A stretch of DNA of 64,000 nucleotides from Podarcis cretensis (Eukaryota), in assembly GCA_951804945.1 (NCBI GenBank), contig OX638164.1, positions 21,700,001-21,764,000 on the forward strand. The letters are read 5' to 3'. The notes beneath the pieces were generated by a model. That model searched no databases and was not told the DNA's origin. It saw only the letters and a list, made by a program, of their open reading frames with translations. A program made the translations under genes and the position numbers. Positions 1 through 14,200 of the stretch are shown here, piece by piece. How positions within the stretch are numbered: the stretch's first letter is position 1; every line of letters starts with the position of its first letter.

Positions 1-972
1 ATATAGCAATAAATTTCACACTTCTGGGCAACAAAGAGGTGTTGCCCCTGAGTCTGTCTGCTCAGGCAAGGTCCTTCAACATTGGCAGGTTTTAGATCCC
101 TGGCCCTCATTAAATGTTTCTGCCCTAGCATATATTAATGCACACCTACAAGCGCCATTGATGTGGCTAAATTACAATAAGCTTGAAGCTGAAAGGAGGC
201 GCCCCCCTGATGGCTGCATGGGGAATTAGGGGACTGTCAGGCCTGGGGTCTGGCTTGAAACAGGCCACCATGAAATCTGGGCCCTGGCATGTGGCAATGG
301 GCTTGTGGGCCAGGAACAGGCGGCATAGTCGTGAATGGGCTGGCAGGGGAAAACAGCAGACTGGATTACTGAGGTGAGACAGGGTAGGTCTGGTGTGAGG
401 CTTGGTGAGACATACCAAGGGAAAGTCTTGGTTAAGGAGATGAGTGATTCAGATTTCCAGAGCAGCTCACTAGGAAATGTTTGTAGCAGGACTGGTGAAC
501 CTTTTTCAATCCAAAGGTAGCAGTCTCTTCTGGGCCACTTTCTGGGGGCCACATGCAGTGGCTGGCAGAACCAGAGATAAAGTGGGTGGAGCAACAAATG
601 AAGCAGGGCCCCTGAAGGGTGTGGCCTATGGAGAGAGGGTGTGGCTGGCTGGGAAGGGGTGTGGTGTGGGGAGAGTCCCGAGGGCCAGATAGAGAGGAGT
701 GGAGGGCCACTTTTGCCACGCACCCCTGGCAAAAAAAGGACTGAAGTTCTTTATCCCTGGTTTACAGGGCCCAGTGCCATTCTCTCTGCCTCAGACCCTA
801 GAAAGCCCCTGTCACTCAAAAGTTTGATGGGCAATAGTCTGACCTTTCCATAAGGCAGCTTCCTATTTTCCTAAGCAATGTAATGTTCCCCAGTGAAGGC
901 AAAAGCAATTTGACGAGGTCATAAAATCTGAGACATCAGTAAAGCATTAAGGCTGTTGATCTCTGTTTGTAG

Positions 973-1135
973 GATCTGGTACAGACACTGGATATGGATG
1001 CATTGAAGGGCATGGAAAGGTCCACAGTCGCCAGGGATAGAGCCCAGGTCACCTTCAGTTCAGCCAAGGAGACCCAAGAAAGTGAGAGCTCCTCCATCAA
1101 GCTTTCTGGAGTCTTGCAAGCAAAGGGCTACTCAG
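973..1135 (+). CDS. Uncharacterised large gene, exon ([12 protein letters not shown]...LQAKGYS)
   Basis: tttgtag acceptor, G|gtgag donor, open frame, phase matches next exon. Confidence 0.7.
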
Positions 1136-4100
1136 GTGAGAGAGCTGGGAACACTTCCCTGCCATTTTTTTAAAAAGGGATTTTCTACAAGTGCCAGGCA
1201 CCCATTAGAACTGACCAAAATGTGAAAGCAAATAACGGTGTGTTTTTCATTTTTAAAATTCTCCTTTGTACCTTTTAATGTTCTCTTTTCTTACGGATAT
1301 TTCACTGTGACACTTGTGGTGACCCATGGAGCTTGCTTCTTTGCTCCGAATGTAGCTGTGTTCATGAGCAAATCTCCAAGAGGCATGAAAACAGCTGCTT
1401 ACAGGCTGTTAAGGAAGCCGTATTAACTGATTAATGCCTTGCTGAATTCTTTTAGGTTCTGAGTGGCAGGAGGCAACAGAGCTAATGAAAGTCCTGGGGA
1501 TTTTGCTGCGAAAAATCCATTTTGGGAAGGTGACAGTGAAGCCAGAAGGGGCACAGGGGCACAATGGGGCTAGTGGATCTGGCCTGGCTATCCGAGAGCA
1601 AGCTGGAACTCAGCAAAGATGCCCGGTAAGAATGAAGGTCTCCCTTTGGCACTCTCTCTCTCTCTCTCTCTATCTCTATCTCTGTCTCTCATTCCTGTGA
1701 TATTTGAACATTATTTCCTGTGTAGGGTACTAGCTCCCTGACACAGCGTGTGCTCTCTGGTGGGAAACGGGCCTCACTTAGCTCTCGTGGCTGTGAAGAC
1801 CAAGGTAAGGATGTGTGCAGCCTTTTTACCTGGCTATAAAACAGGGAAGGAGAACCTCCCACTTCCCTTGAGGGCTACATTCCCTTTGGGGTAATGTGTT
1901 TGTGGCCTGAAACAAAAGTCGATAGAGCCATCCCACCTCCTTTCTCTAATCCACATACCCAATCCACTGACATATCTGTCCATTCCCAGGTACACACGAT
2001 GACCCCAGTGCACACATGCAATTTGCGTGGCTGGGTGGGACTCTCGTTTGCTCCCCTGAAAAGTGATTCCCACCCCCCCTTCCTGTGAAAATTGCAGACA
2101 CAAAGGACTCTTGCAAACATCGGCACTTGAATCTGGTATCCTAAACATCCATACCCTTTCCCTGCTGAAGCTCCTCCGAAGCTGCTGTTGGCTTCAGAGA
2201 ACAAAACAAGTGCATGTGTTAACAGCAGGAAGGGGCAATTAGATCAGGGTAAGAGAGGAAATGGTTAACAATCTTTCTGAAAACACCGCTTTTCAAAGCG
2301 TGCAGAATCTTGAGAGCAGTGGCTTAGTTTAAAATAATACACACAAAACCACAGGAAATCCTAATTGCCCGTCTAGTTTCTCCCTGTCTGCGGTTGTTGG
2401 GAGGTGCAGTTCTCCTGAGCTGCCACTAGATGGAAACATAAGCCGCATGCGGTCTGCAAGCTTCAGAGCATCAGTTATGTACAGGTCATTTTTTCAGGCC
2501 ATGCAAGTGACCCTTGTGACAGTATGTTACATAACAGCCCCTCCCCGCTGCATGAATTTAGTAATCTGCATGAAGTCATCATCCTCATCCTTGTCTCTCT
2601 GAGTCTACAAGCAGCACCTTCAGCTGATATATGCCTTGTCTGTATTTGTCAGGGTTGGACCTGCAGCCTCGCAAAAGCAGCATGCTTGCTTGCGTAAGTG
2701 AGCTGGAAGTAGAGGCCCTGATGGCGACGTCCCCCCTTGCCAAGACCCTGGGCGAGATCAAGCAGTTTTTGGAGACATCCCAGCAGCCCCCACACTCGCC
2801 TCCTTCTCCAGGTGATAGAGCTGATTCCTGCATCTTCTGATACCCTTCATCCCTGTGTTTCTTGGGATTGCCTCAGAGAGGATGTGGGAATGATGCATAG
2901 AAACACATGCAAATCATTGAAGTGATTTGGTGATTCCTCCCCTTTGCTTCATTCCATCTTTAAATCTCCAGGGTTTAAAAAGGATGCGGGTGGCATTGTG
3001 GGTTAAACCCCAGAGCCTAGGACTTGCCGATCAGAAGGTCGGTGGTTTGAATCCCCACGACGGGGTGAGCTCCCATTGTTCAGTTCCTGCTCCTGCCAAC
3101 CTAGCAGTTCGGAAGCACGTCAAAGTGCAAGTAGATAAATAGGTACCACTCTGGCGGGAAGGTAAATGGCGTTTCCGTGCGCTGCTCTGGTTCACCAGAA
3201 GCAGCTTAGTTGTGCTGGCCACATGACCCGGAAGCTATACGCCGTCTCCCTCGGCCAGTAAAGTGAGATGAGCGCTGCAACCCCAGAGTCGGCCATGACT
3301 GGACCTAATGGTCAGGGGTCCCTTTACCTTTACCTATGGGGGTTTAAGCAGGAAACGTGTGGGGGGACGGGAAGCAAATCTCATGTGCACGCTGGCGGCT
3401 GTTAATATTATATCTGACTGTCTCTGGCAGCTAACCCTTAAGATGCTATCTGGGACTTTTTGGTTTAAAGTGATTAAGAAGCGGATGTGATAGGAGCCAT
3501 AAAATTATGCATGGCACAGAGATAGTGGATAGAGAAAAGCTTGTCTTCCTTTCTCATAATGCTAGAGCTTGTGGACGTCCAGTGAAGCTGAACTTCGAAA
3601 GCTCCCAGGACAGATAAATGAACACGGCACTCTCTCCCATAGGAAGCAGTGATGGCCAGCAACTTTGGATGGCTTTAAAAGAAGATTACACAAATTCATG
3701 GAGGATAAGGCTGTCAGTGGCTGCTAGCCATGATGGCAATGCTCTGCCTTCATTGTCAGAGATATATATGTTTCTAAATATACCATTTAAGAAAAACCTA
3801 ACTCCTGAAACATCCCTATTCATTTTACAAACATCCCTATTCATCTCACAAATACAGGGATAAGGCTATTTTAGGGACTGAGGTAATCCAGAAATAAAGA
3901 ACAATTTCATACTTTCAGAATAATGCTATTTTTAGACTTGAGGACCTTTGGCTCTGCAGATGTTGCTGAACTAAAACTCCCATCATCCCTAACCATCGGC
4001 CTTCTTGCTAGGACTGATGGGAGCTGTAGTTCAGCAACATCAGGAGGGCCAAAGGTTCCTCATCCATGATCCTAGACCCATGTTTCCCAAACCTGGTTGC

Positions 4101-7100
4101 CCAGCTGCTTTTGGACTACAGTTCCCATCATCCCTGACCACTGGTCTTGATAGCTAGGAATGATGGGAGTTGTAGTCCAAAAACAGCTGGAGACCCAAGT
4201 TTGGGAAACACTGTCCTTGACTATAGAATGACTTTCAGTGCCAACTTTCCATTGTTCTGTCCCCTTTTTCCAGGAGAAAACATAGATAATGGCTGCCTTT
4301 CTTCAGGACCTTCTGTTGATGCTGTGGTCCCCACTGATCTCACCAGCCTTTCACCTCGCCATTTTGTGGTTTACCGCTTTGCCTGCACTGTCACACGCCT
4401 TCTGGGAAGAGCCTTCTCTTTGCCAGCGCTGGTTCTCCTCTTGGCTCAAGCAGTACCCAAGCAAGGCCCTACGGAGGTTCAGTTTGCCAGAGATTCCTAC
4501 TATGATGCCACCAACAGGTTCCTGTATATACTTTCATCACACCTGGAGAGTGCTGGGGGTTTTGTGACGGTGCTGCTGAATGCCATGGCACACATCAAAG
4601 CAGGTATAGTTAGGTGGAAGGAAGCTGTCAGACCATCCAACCCAGCACTGTCAACTCTGACTGACAGAGGCATTCAAAAGTGCCAGACATGTTCTTTTTT
4701 ATATATATACTTGCCACCTGGTGGCAGAATTTAGCAGTGCAATGAAAATGACAGCCTTGTGCCAACATTCATGCTCTGAAACATCTAGATCAGGGGTCAG
4801 CAAACTTTTTCAGCAGTGGGCCGGTCCACTGTCCCTCAGACCTTGGGGGGGGGGGGGCGGACTATATTTTGGAAAAAAATAATGAATGAGTTCCTATGCC
4901 CCACAAATAACCCAGAGATGCATTTTAAATAAAAGGACACATTCTACTCATGTAAAAACATACTGATTCCCGGACCGTCTACGGGCCGGATTAAGAAGGC
5001 GATTGGGCTGGATCCGGCCCCCAGGCCTTAGTTTGCCTACCCATGATCTAATTCAATTATTTACTGCCTGTCCTCTTGAACTGGTCTTTGACCATAATAA
5101 TGAATTATTATTATTATTATTATTATTATTAGTATTAGTATTAGTATTAGTATTAGTATTAGTATTAGTATTAGTATTAGTATTACTACTGCCTGTCCTA
5201 ATGTCATTCTGATGTGGATTTCTCTGTCCCCTCTACCCAATGATAAAAAATAGGAGTGAAAGAAATGAATGGTCTCCTTCAGGAGGTTGTGGACTCTCCT
5301 TCCTTAGAGGTTTATAAGCAGAGGTTGGATGGCCATCTGTCATGGATTCTTTAGTTGAGATTCCTGCATTGCAGGGGTTGGACTAGATGACCTTCAGAGT
5401 CCTTTCTGAGTGTGATTCTATGTATTGCCAAGATGTTCAGACATTATTCAAGGGGAGGTAGAACTTGACATGGGGCTGCCATTTTTCCCAACAATCCCCA
5501 GTGTTTGTATTTTTTCACATGGTCCCTTGTTCCCTCCATGATATCTACAGCTAAAGGATACCAGGTCTCCTTTAACTGTAGATATGTCATGGAGTGAAAC
5601 AGGGATCTTCTGCATGCAAAAGCATGTACTTCATAGTACTGAAGGCTGATTTGAATGCCTGGAATATAATGATGAAATTCTGACAATTGCCATGTCAAAT
5701 GCAAAGAAGGCTGCTACACCCTGTGATCTAATGATATCCTTTCCGCATAATTGGGTGCAGGGAATTTTTTTTTTATCCTGTTTGTGTAGCAGGTATTTGT
5801 CACAACACTTCCTTCATTGTGATAAAGGTAAAGGTAAAGGTATCCCTGCCCGTACGGGCCAGTCTTGACAGACTCTGGTGTTGTGTGCCCATCTCACTTA
5901 AGAGGCCAGGGGCCAGCGCTGTCTGGAGACACTTCCGGGTCACGTGGCCAGCGTGACATCGCTGCTCTGGCCAGAGCCAGAGCCAGAGCCAGAGCCGCAC
6001 ACGGAAACGCCGTTTACCTTCCCGCTGGTAAGCGGTCCCTATTTATCTACTTGCACCCGGAGGTGCTTTCGAACTGCTAGGTTGGCAGGCGCTGGGACCG
6101 AGCAGCGGGAGCGCACCCCACCGCAGGGATTCGAACCGCTGACCTTTCGATCGGCAAGCCCTAGGCGCTGAGGCTTTAACCCACAGCGCCACCTGCGTCC
6201 CTGGTTTCATTGTGATAGTTTCCCCAATAATGTTCTACCTTTCTCGGTCTTCTTCTGCTGTTTGGGTAATATTGTAAGCAAGGACAAAAAGACCTTTTGC
6301 AGATCTTTTTTGTCTCTTCACTTCCTTCCTTAACCTTTCATTGCGCAAGATCATGGCAGAGGAAAGCAGAGAAACATCAGCTCCAAGAACTAGATCTGCA
6401 GAGCATATTACAGGAGAGAGTCTGGCCTCTTCCTTGTTTGTGCCTTATGCTAACAATAGCACAATGGAGGTGTGGGTTCCTGGCTTATGAGATGCTCTGC
6501 TGAAGGTTTTGCCTATTTCTAAATCTGCATCACACAAGCCCTGCCTAATAATGCAGACAGGCTTCCAAAAGGGCGAGCTGAAGATGGGTTTAGCTTACTG
6601 AATCTTCAAAACAGTCTCATCGCTTGACTGCTATGAGTAATTGGACAAAATTGTGGTTCAAACTTTAGCTAGCTTAAAAAAAATCTGTCTGGAGCTTGGC
6701 TCTCCTGAACTACATCTCATCTGGCCTGGATGGTTGCATGCAGAAAGGTGTAATATTGTGGCAAGGGACAGTGAACTGAACAAAACTCTGAATCTCCAGA
6801 TGGGAGTGTCTAATGGAAAGGGGCTTCCACATTGAGTGAGGCTACATCTGGAGGATTCAAAGAATTCTGATGACACAGATCGGTCTTTTTATCTTTCTCC
6901 CAGGCTCTAAGGAAGCTATTCCTCCAAACGTTGGCTTTTGGAAAGAGCTCAACACAGCAGTGGCTGCCCTAGCTGATGCCTTTTTCCAGTGTTCTTGGGG
7001 AGCAGAAGAGACAGCAGGGAAGGTAATAAGTTTTCAGGTGTTCCGGCCAGATGTGCATGCTGTAGCACTACAAATGTGGCTCTAAATTGTAAATGGCACT

Positions 7101-8244
7101 TTCTAAAATGGTTCTGGAGCATGAGCTGCAAATGATCTTGCCAAATTCAGAGAAGCACAAAATCGGAAGGATAGTTGAATTCATAAGCACATGAGGAGAA
7201 CCTGCTGGATTGTGCCAATGAGTCTATCATCCTGTTCTCACAGTGGCCAACTCTATGCCTGTGGGAAACCCTCAAGCAGGGCCTAAGCACAAGAGCCCTC
7301 AACTGGTAGGCAGAAGGATTACTGCCTTTGACTGTGGAGGTGCAGTATGGCCATCATGCCTAATAGCCATTGTCCTGCATAGATTTGCCCAATCCTCTTT
7401 TAAAACCATTCATGTGGGTGGCCTTCACTGTCCCATATAGGAGTGAGTTCCATTGTTGAACTAAGCGCTGCACAAAGAGGTAGTTTCTTTTCTCTATCCC
7501 CGAATTCCTATCCATTACAGTGGTACCTCTGGTTATGTACTTAATTCGTTCTGGAGGTCCGTTCTTAACCTGAAACTGTTCTTAACCTGAAGCACCACTT
7601 TAGCCAATGGGTCCTCCCACTGCCGCTGCACCGCCGGTGCACAATTTCTGTTCTCATCCTGAAGCAAAGTTCTTAACCCGAGGTAATATTTCTGGGTTAG
7701 CAGAGTCTGTAACCTGAAGCGTATGTAACCCGAGGTACCACTGTACATGATATAGGACATGGGTAGGCAAACTAAGGCCCATGGGCCGGATCCGGCCCAA
7801 TTGCCTTTTAAATCCGGCCCACAGATGGTCTGGGAATCAGTGTGTTTTTACATGAGTAGAATGTGTGCTTTTATTTAAAATGCACCTCTGGGTTATTTGT
7901 GGGGCATAGGAATTCGTTCATTTTCCCCAAAAAATATAGTCCGGCCCCCCACAAGGTCTGAGGGACAGTGGACCAGCCCCCTGCTGAAAAGGTTTGCTGA
8001 CCCCTGAATAGAAGTTTTAGAATCAGGCCAATTGATCCAGTGTGGTGTAATGGTTACAGTATATTGCTGGACTAAGACTTGGGAGACCAAAGTTCAAATC
8101 TCCAAGATCACACTGGGTGATCTTGAACATGTCGCCATCTCTCAGCCTAACCTACCTCCCAGGGTTGTTTAGAGGATGAAATTGAGAAAGAGAAAATTGT
8201 ACCCGTCACCTTGCTCTCCTTAGATGAAAAGTGGGATATAATGT

Positions 8245-8296
<52 letters not shown>

Positions 8297-11200
8297 CATA
8301 ATAATTCAGATCAGGATTCACAGAATCTAATTTCTCAGGCATCCCTACCTATTACTACAATCAGAAATAAAAGTTAGAAGTATTAAATTACAGAAAAAGG
8401 CTGCAGAATGTGAGTTGGAAGTTTTTAACTTCTGTGTATGCTTTCTGTTCTTTTGTTTTCAACCCCCAGCTTTTGGGTTGTGAAAAGAAAAACCCAAAAG
8501 CCTGAATTTCAAAGCAGCTGGATGCAAATAAAAATAAAAAAATAATCCCACGATGTCAGCAAAATCTTGGGCGCTCGATATTTCTGATGAATAGACCCTT
8601 TGATTAGGACCTCTAAAAGTTCTGCCTTCTGTGCTGATTCTTTCAGAATCCGATGAAAAATTGCTCGCCTGTTTGTTTAGCTGCTCGGTCGATTTTTGAA
8701 GAACTGCTGAGTCTCCGAATGTTGCCTGACTCTCGTTTCCTTGAGCAACACCCACGGGAAAGGTAGCTGATGTTGGTTTCACTAGATAAGTAATCCAAGA
8801 TTGTGACAGACAAATAATTGTACTCGTGTCATATTGCTGTGTTGCAATATTAGTGCATATATTCCAATAACAAGGGCATTTTTCAGTTGCACAATTGATT
8901 ATTTAGCTTATATAATGTTCCAATTCCTTCTTCCCTATCTCACCGAAATAGAGGAAGCTAGCCCTTTGTAATGAATTTTGTCTGTGTATTTAATATCGGT
9001 ACATATATATTATCTGAAAATGGTCCTGTTTTTCATTTACATCACTGATAACAATTACTGAGCTTAGAGATAATTCTGAGAACAGTCACTGAGCTCAGAT
9101 AATTCTATTGACATCTCCTTCAAGGAAGGGTTTGTGTGGAGTAAACTGCTAATAGTGGGAGCCCCATTTCTTGATAACTGGGCTACTGACAAGGAACAGA
9201 AGACTCTTGGAAAAAGGAGGCATCTGTCAATGTCCATTAGTTGACTCCATGCTTGTAGATTTGTGTCCGAAAGAAACCTTACCACCACTATAGTTTTCTA
9301 TGTGCCAGGCAGAGTCAGTGAATAAGGGTATCAGCTGCATATACACCATGCACCTTCTCTGCCTCCCCCAGAAAGAATCCTGGATAAACTGTTCCCAGGA
9401 TTCTTTTGGGAGTGGAAAACACACTTTAAATGTATGGTGTATGTGTGCAGCCATCTTCTCCTTTCCTAGTTGTAGAAATATTGGCTAGAGGGATCCAAGT
9501 GGTAAGCTGACAGGATCAGGCTTGGGTCAGATCCTGGCAGGCACAGGCAGCAAGTGCATTGGAGGGCCAGACAAAGAGTCTCAAATTGCAAAGGCAAGAG
9601 TTTATCATTTATTTTACTTTGGAAACAGTGTTTGCTGTGATGCAGTAACAAGACTGGGGCAAGATATTTCGGCACCTGTGGCAAACCACAAAATGGTGCA
9701 ACCCCCCCCCCCACACACACACACTAGGGAAGAAGGGGTGAATGAAGATATACATCAAGAAGATATACATCAAGAATGGGCGTGGGGGGGATAAAGATCT
9801 ACACTGGGAAAGTAGGGGAATCAAATCAACTTCACCTGGTGGTTGAAGTGGGAAACAAAGGCTGTCACAGGGCTCTCTCTGAATCATGCTGGATAGGTGC
9901 AGATCCTAGGAGACCCGAAAGGGCAGCCCCTGCCCATTTCCTCCCTAGGGATAGGAGGAGATCAGTACTGTCTCTAATTCAACAAGAAGCTGCTGTAGAG
10001 GCACCATTGGAGGTGCTACTGAAGAGAAGCCAGATCTTACTTCTGGCAACATCAGCAGGCAATGCTCTGCTGCCCCTCTGGATCCTGCCACTCAACATGG
10101 TCTCATCACATATTGCCTCATGGGTGGGCCAGTCCCATGCTATAAGGACCCAGGACCAGCCTGCCAGCAGCCCTGTCCTGCATTTTTTGAAGCAGCTTCT
10201 GGGAGTACAGAATTGCAATAGACAACATCTGAGGATTGTCTGTGTAAATAAATAAGTATGATGCCAGAGGCACATACCATATGCAACATAAGCTTGCTCA
10301 GAAGAATCGCTTAGATAACTGGAGCTATGTAGGGCGATATCCCTGCAGTAAAATGCCTTTCAAAAACCGTTCATTCATTTATCTACAGGATCTCATCTTC
10401 CCTTACAAGCAATGAATCAGACTCTGCCCTTGGGTAATATCCTGATACCAAATACAGGCAATCAACCCAGCAGTGCAGTTGTGCAACATCCATTCTTTTC
10501 CACGGGGATATCTCATAGTTCTCAGAAATTATTCTCAGTCTTCAATTATGCATCAATTATGTCCTCAATAGATAGAGGATTAAGAGACGATGTTGTGGCT
10601 GAAAGAGTTTCTAAGAAAACATGCTCTTACGTTTTTTGCTGGCCCAATGGTGTAAATTGAAAACACTCCACATTGGCCGATCTTGTTATGACCTCATTGC
10701 TCTGTGCAGCCTGCACCTGCCGACCTGTCAGCAACAAGTCAGCTGTATGCAAATTAGTATTAGAATTTTCATGCTTGGCAGTTGGAGGTATAACTGGCCT
10801 CCAGTTCTGGTTCTGCTTAGCTTGGAGCAGCTGGGTGCTGACTGAGCTCCATCAAAACTAAACTGGGGACAGGTTTTTTTTCTTCCTCATCCATCTGTGG
10901 GTTGGTCAGATTGGACACATGTAGCATTTTTCCTATTCTTTAGAAGGCAGAAGCAGTCAGAAATAGCCATGCAGTGGGAAAATGTGGACAAGGTAGGAGG
11001 AAGGTGATGTCTAACAAAACCTCCATGGGTAAAGGAATCTCCTTAGGGTGTTCCAGGCCCAACACACATCATAAGAACATAAGGGCTCTGCTGGATCAGG
11101 CCAGTGGCCCATCTAGTCCAGCGTCCTCTTCTCACAGTGGCCAACCAGAAGCCTGTGGGAAAGCTGCAGGCAGGACTTGAGCCCAAGAGCCCTCTCCCTT

Positions 11201-14200
11201 CCTGCGATCTCCAGCAACTGGTATTCAGATGCATTAATGTATCCAACCATCATGGCTAGTAGCCATGGATGGTCTTCTCCATGAATTTGTCCAGGCCTGT
11301 TTTGCTGGTGGCCATCACTGCCTCTTATGGGAGTGACTTCCATAGTTTAACTATGGACTGTGTGAAAAAGTGCTTTTTTAAAAAATCTGACCTGAATCTT
11401 CAAACATTCAGCTTTAGCTGAAGGTCCACTGGCTCCAGTGAGACAGCGTCCTCCATTGCCTCAGTGATTGATTTAGGCCACCAGGATGTCTGCAATGGCT
11501 CAATAACCTTCTGAAGCAAAGCAGCCATTTCAGGCAAGCTAGATTCTCTGGAACCAGATTGTTCACTTTCTAAACAGGCCCATCCTGCAAATAGCTCTGA
11601 TGTAGTAGCAAGTGTAGAATCTCTCAATTTTTGAATGAGTTAGTAGCAGTTGCACTCCACCCCTAACTCAATTTGGTCTGGGAGTACAGCACTGGTTTAA
11701 TATAACCCTCTCCGTCATGTGGTTCTTCCCTCCGATAAAGGAATGAGCCACAATAGATGATATTGGGAACCTAATGGATGCCTTGCTCCAGGAGGGCTCT
11801 CTAACCAGGTCAATTCTTTTCTCTCCTCTTTCCATCATTTCAAAGCATGGACAGAGAGCTTAATGCTAGCCCTCTGGATGCAGGCAGGTGCAACACACAG
11901 AAAATCCTACTTTCCTTTTTCCCCCTCTCTTCCTGTGTGTCTCAGATTGCAAGATTACAGAAGTTTCCTGCTGCAAGCAGAGCTTCAAAATATAATGGAA
12001 ACTTCAGGGCAACTTGAGGAAAGAGCACACAGCAGTGAGAGGAAGACTTGGGCAGGAGATTCCTCTGACCTTCAGGTAGCTCACTTGACCTTAAATCAAC
12101 TTGGCTCAACCTCCTGTAACTTAGAATAATAGAATTGTAGGGTTGGAAGGGATCTGAAGGGTCATCTAGTTCAGCCCCTTGCAAGACTTGTTTATGTCTG
12201 CTGTGTCAATATCATTTTTCTACAGTGGAAAGGAGTATGAGTTGTCCCATTGCACCTCCTACTTGCTCTAGTAGGTGGGGCCATGTAAATCAGGCTTGTC
12301 CACCATCCACCAGTGGAAGAAGACCCTTCCAGTTCTAGAAGAGTCTTTCTCTGATGTGCAGACCCTTTTTATGGAAATGTGTTGTTTTCTGGTGGCTGCC
12401 TTTTCATACCCCCCTTATGCAGATAGGGTGGGAAGGGGTTATTTATACGATGACTGGCACTTGGCCATTCTGAGCAAAACAATAATGGGCTTGCCAAAAG
12501 GTAAAAGGATGGGCAAAATGACCCCTGGTTCTAGATGAGCTGTTATTCCAAGACTGGAAGGCTCTGGACCCCAGACTACCTATTAAGGGAGATACATGGG
12601 TGACACTGGCCCATGTCTCTGTTGTGTACTTGTGAAAGCTGTGGAGAACCTCCTTTCTGCAGGCCTAATATAGCCTAGCAGTGGTTCTGGTTTGCTGTCT
12701 TCCCCAAGCCATGCCTACCCAGACTATACCGATCTCATCAGGTGGAGGGCAGGCAAAGGCTCCTTGTGGAAGTGGGTTTTGCAGGAGCCTCCCATCAGCC
12801 GACCAGAGTACCCATGGAACCTCTTTTTGCCTGCATGGTTTGATTTCAGATCATTCAGGCAAAAGAAAATGCTTCACTTGACATAATGTGTGTGAAATAG
12901 GTTGTTGACTCATGGGCAGATCTGACCACTGAATGGAAACAGCCCATGGTGTTGGGGGGGGGGGTCAAGATCCAGCCTGCTGGTCAGATCCAGTTCCCCA
13001 CCCTGCTATATAATATGATACAATACCCTTCATGTTTCATAGACTGTCACTCACTGAGGACAGGATAAGGCTATTGCAATGACACAGCATTGTGGTTTAA
13101 CAGCATTGTGGATAACATCAACATGTTATCAAAGAGACATGATGCGGGGAGGGAAGCATAGGTCAGTTCCATCCATGGATCTACCAATGATGTGCAATTT
13201 GGGCATCTGTGTGGCATGCCCAAGTGCATTAGAGGGTAGGGCTCTTGTGTCCTTTTCAGAAGGGCTACTCTTGCCTTTTTAGCAGTAAGAAATGACCTTC
13301 TGCAAATGATGAAAGTCTCTCTTCTACACAACTGTTCCAAAAGCAGCTGTGTCCTCGCTTGCATTTGGCCTCCTTCTTCTTAATGGTTTCCATTTTCTAG
13401 GTGAAGATTGAAGAGCTGGAGGAGATGCTGGATGGCTTGAATGAGGGCTTCTTCCAGCTGACATTGCAGGCCTTAACAATCCAAGAAGAAGAGGAACATC
13501 TGGACCGCGAACTCAGAGCACAAGAGGAGTCACCCTCATTTGCAGTATGTGCATACCACAATTTCATTGCAGGGGGCAGTGATGCAAATGACTATTATTT
13601 TAAATGCAGGTGAATATGCCTTGACAGTGCTCCTTGTATGCAAAGTGCTCAACAACCCAACATCTACACAACAGCCCCATAAGGCTGGGCATTGGGTTTA
13701 AGACTAGGAATGAACTAGGGAATAGTAATTTCGCATCCCTCTTTCAAACTCACTTCACACACATCATATGACAAGTGTGCTTGCTGCATGGATCCCTATG
13801 TCTACAATGATAAAAATGGCAATGCAAAGGAACATTTATTGAAACACTCTGGGGCATGTGGTGGACAAAAACCAGGAAATTGTAAGTTAGTGCCCAAGAG
13901 AGTGAGGCTGGGCAGACAGATCTCACTCATTCTATGATGAAGTTCCTCACTCAACATCTACTAGATAATCTGTTTACATCAGCCTTCCCCACCAGATGTT
14001 CCACGGCAGATGTTTTGGACTACCACCGCCATCAGCCTCCAGCCAGCATATCCAAAACATCTGGAGGGCATCCAGTTGGTTGAAGGTTGGCTTGCCTTCA
14101 TTGAACACTCTTCAGTCACAAACTTGAAGCAAGTGCTTTGTAAGGCATCAGAACTGGAGGAAGGAGGCCACACAGTCTGGTTTGCTCTTCTTGAGTAGCA

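Noticed and set aside
5104-5187. Poly-Leu/Val, poly-Tyr/Ile and His-Thr ORFs in the track (also near 15200 and 28620)
   Set aside because: Translations of microsatellites
10389-10660. Additional exon of the large + strand gene
   Set aside because: 8647-8762 already joins 11946 in phase, and this segment has no convincing donor or protein-like sequence
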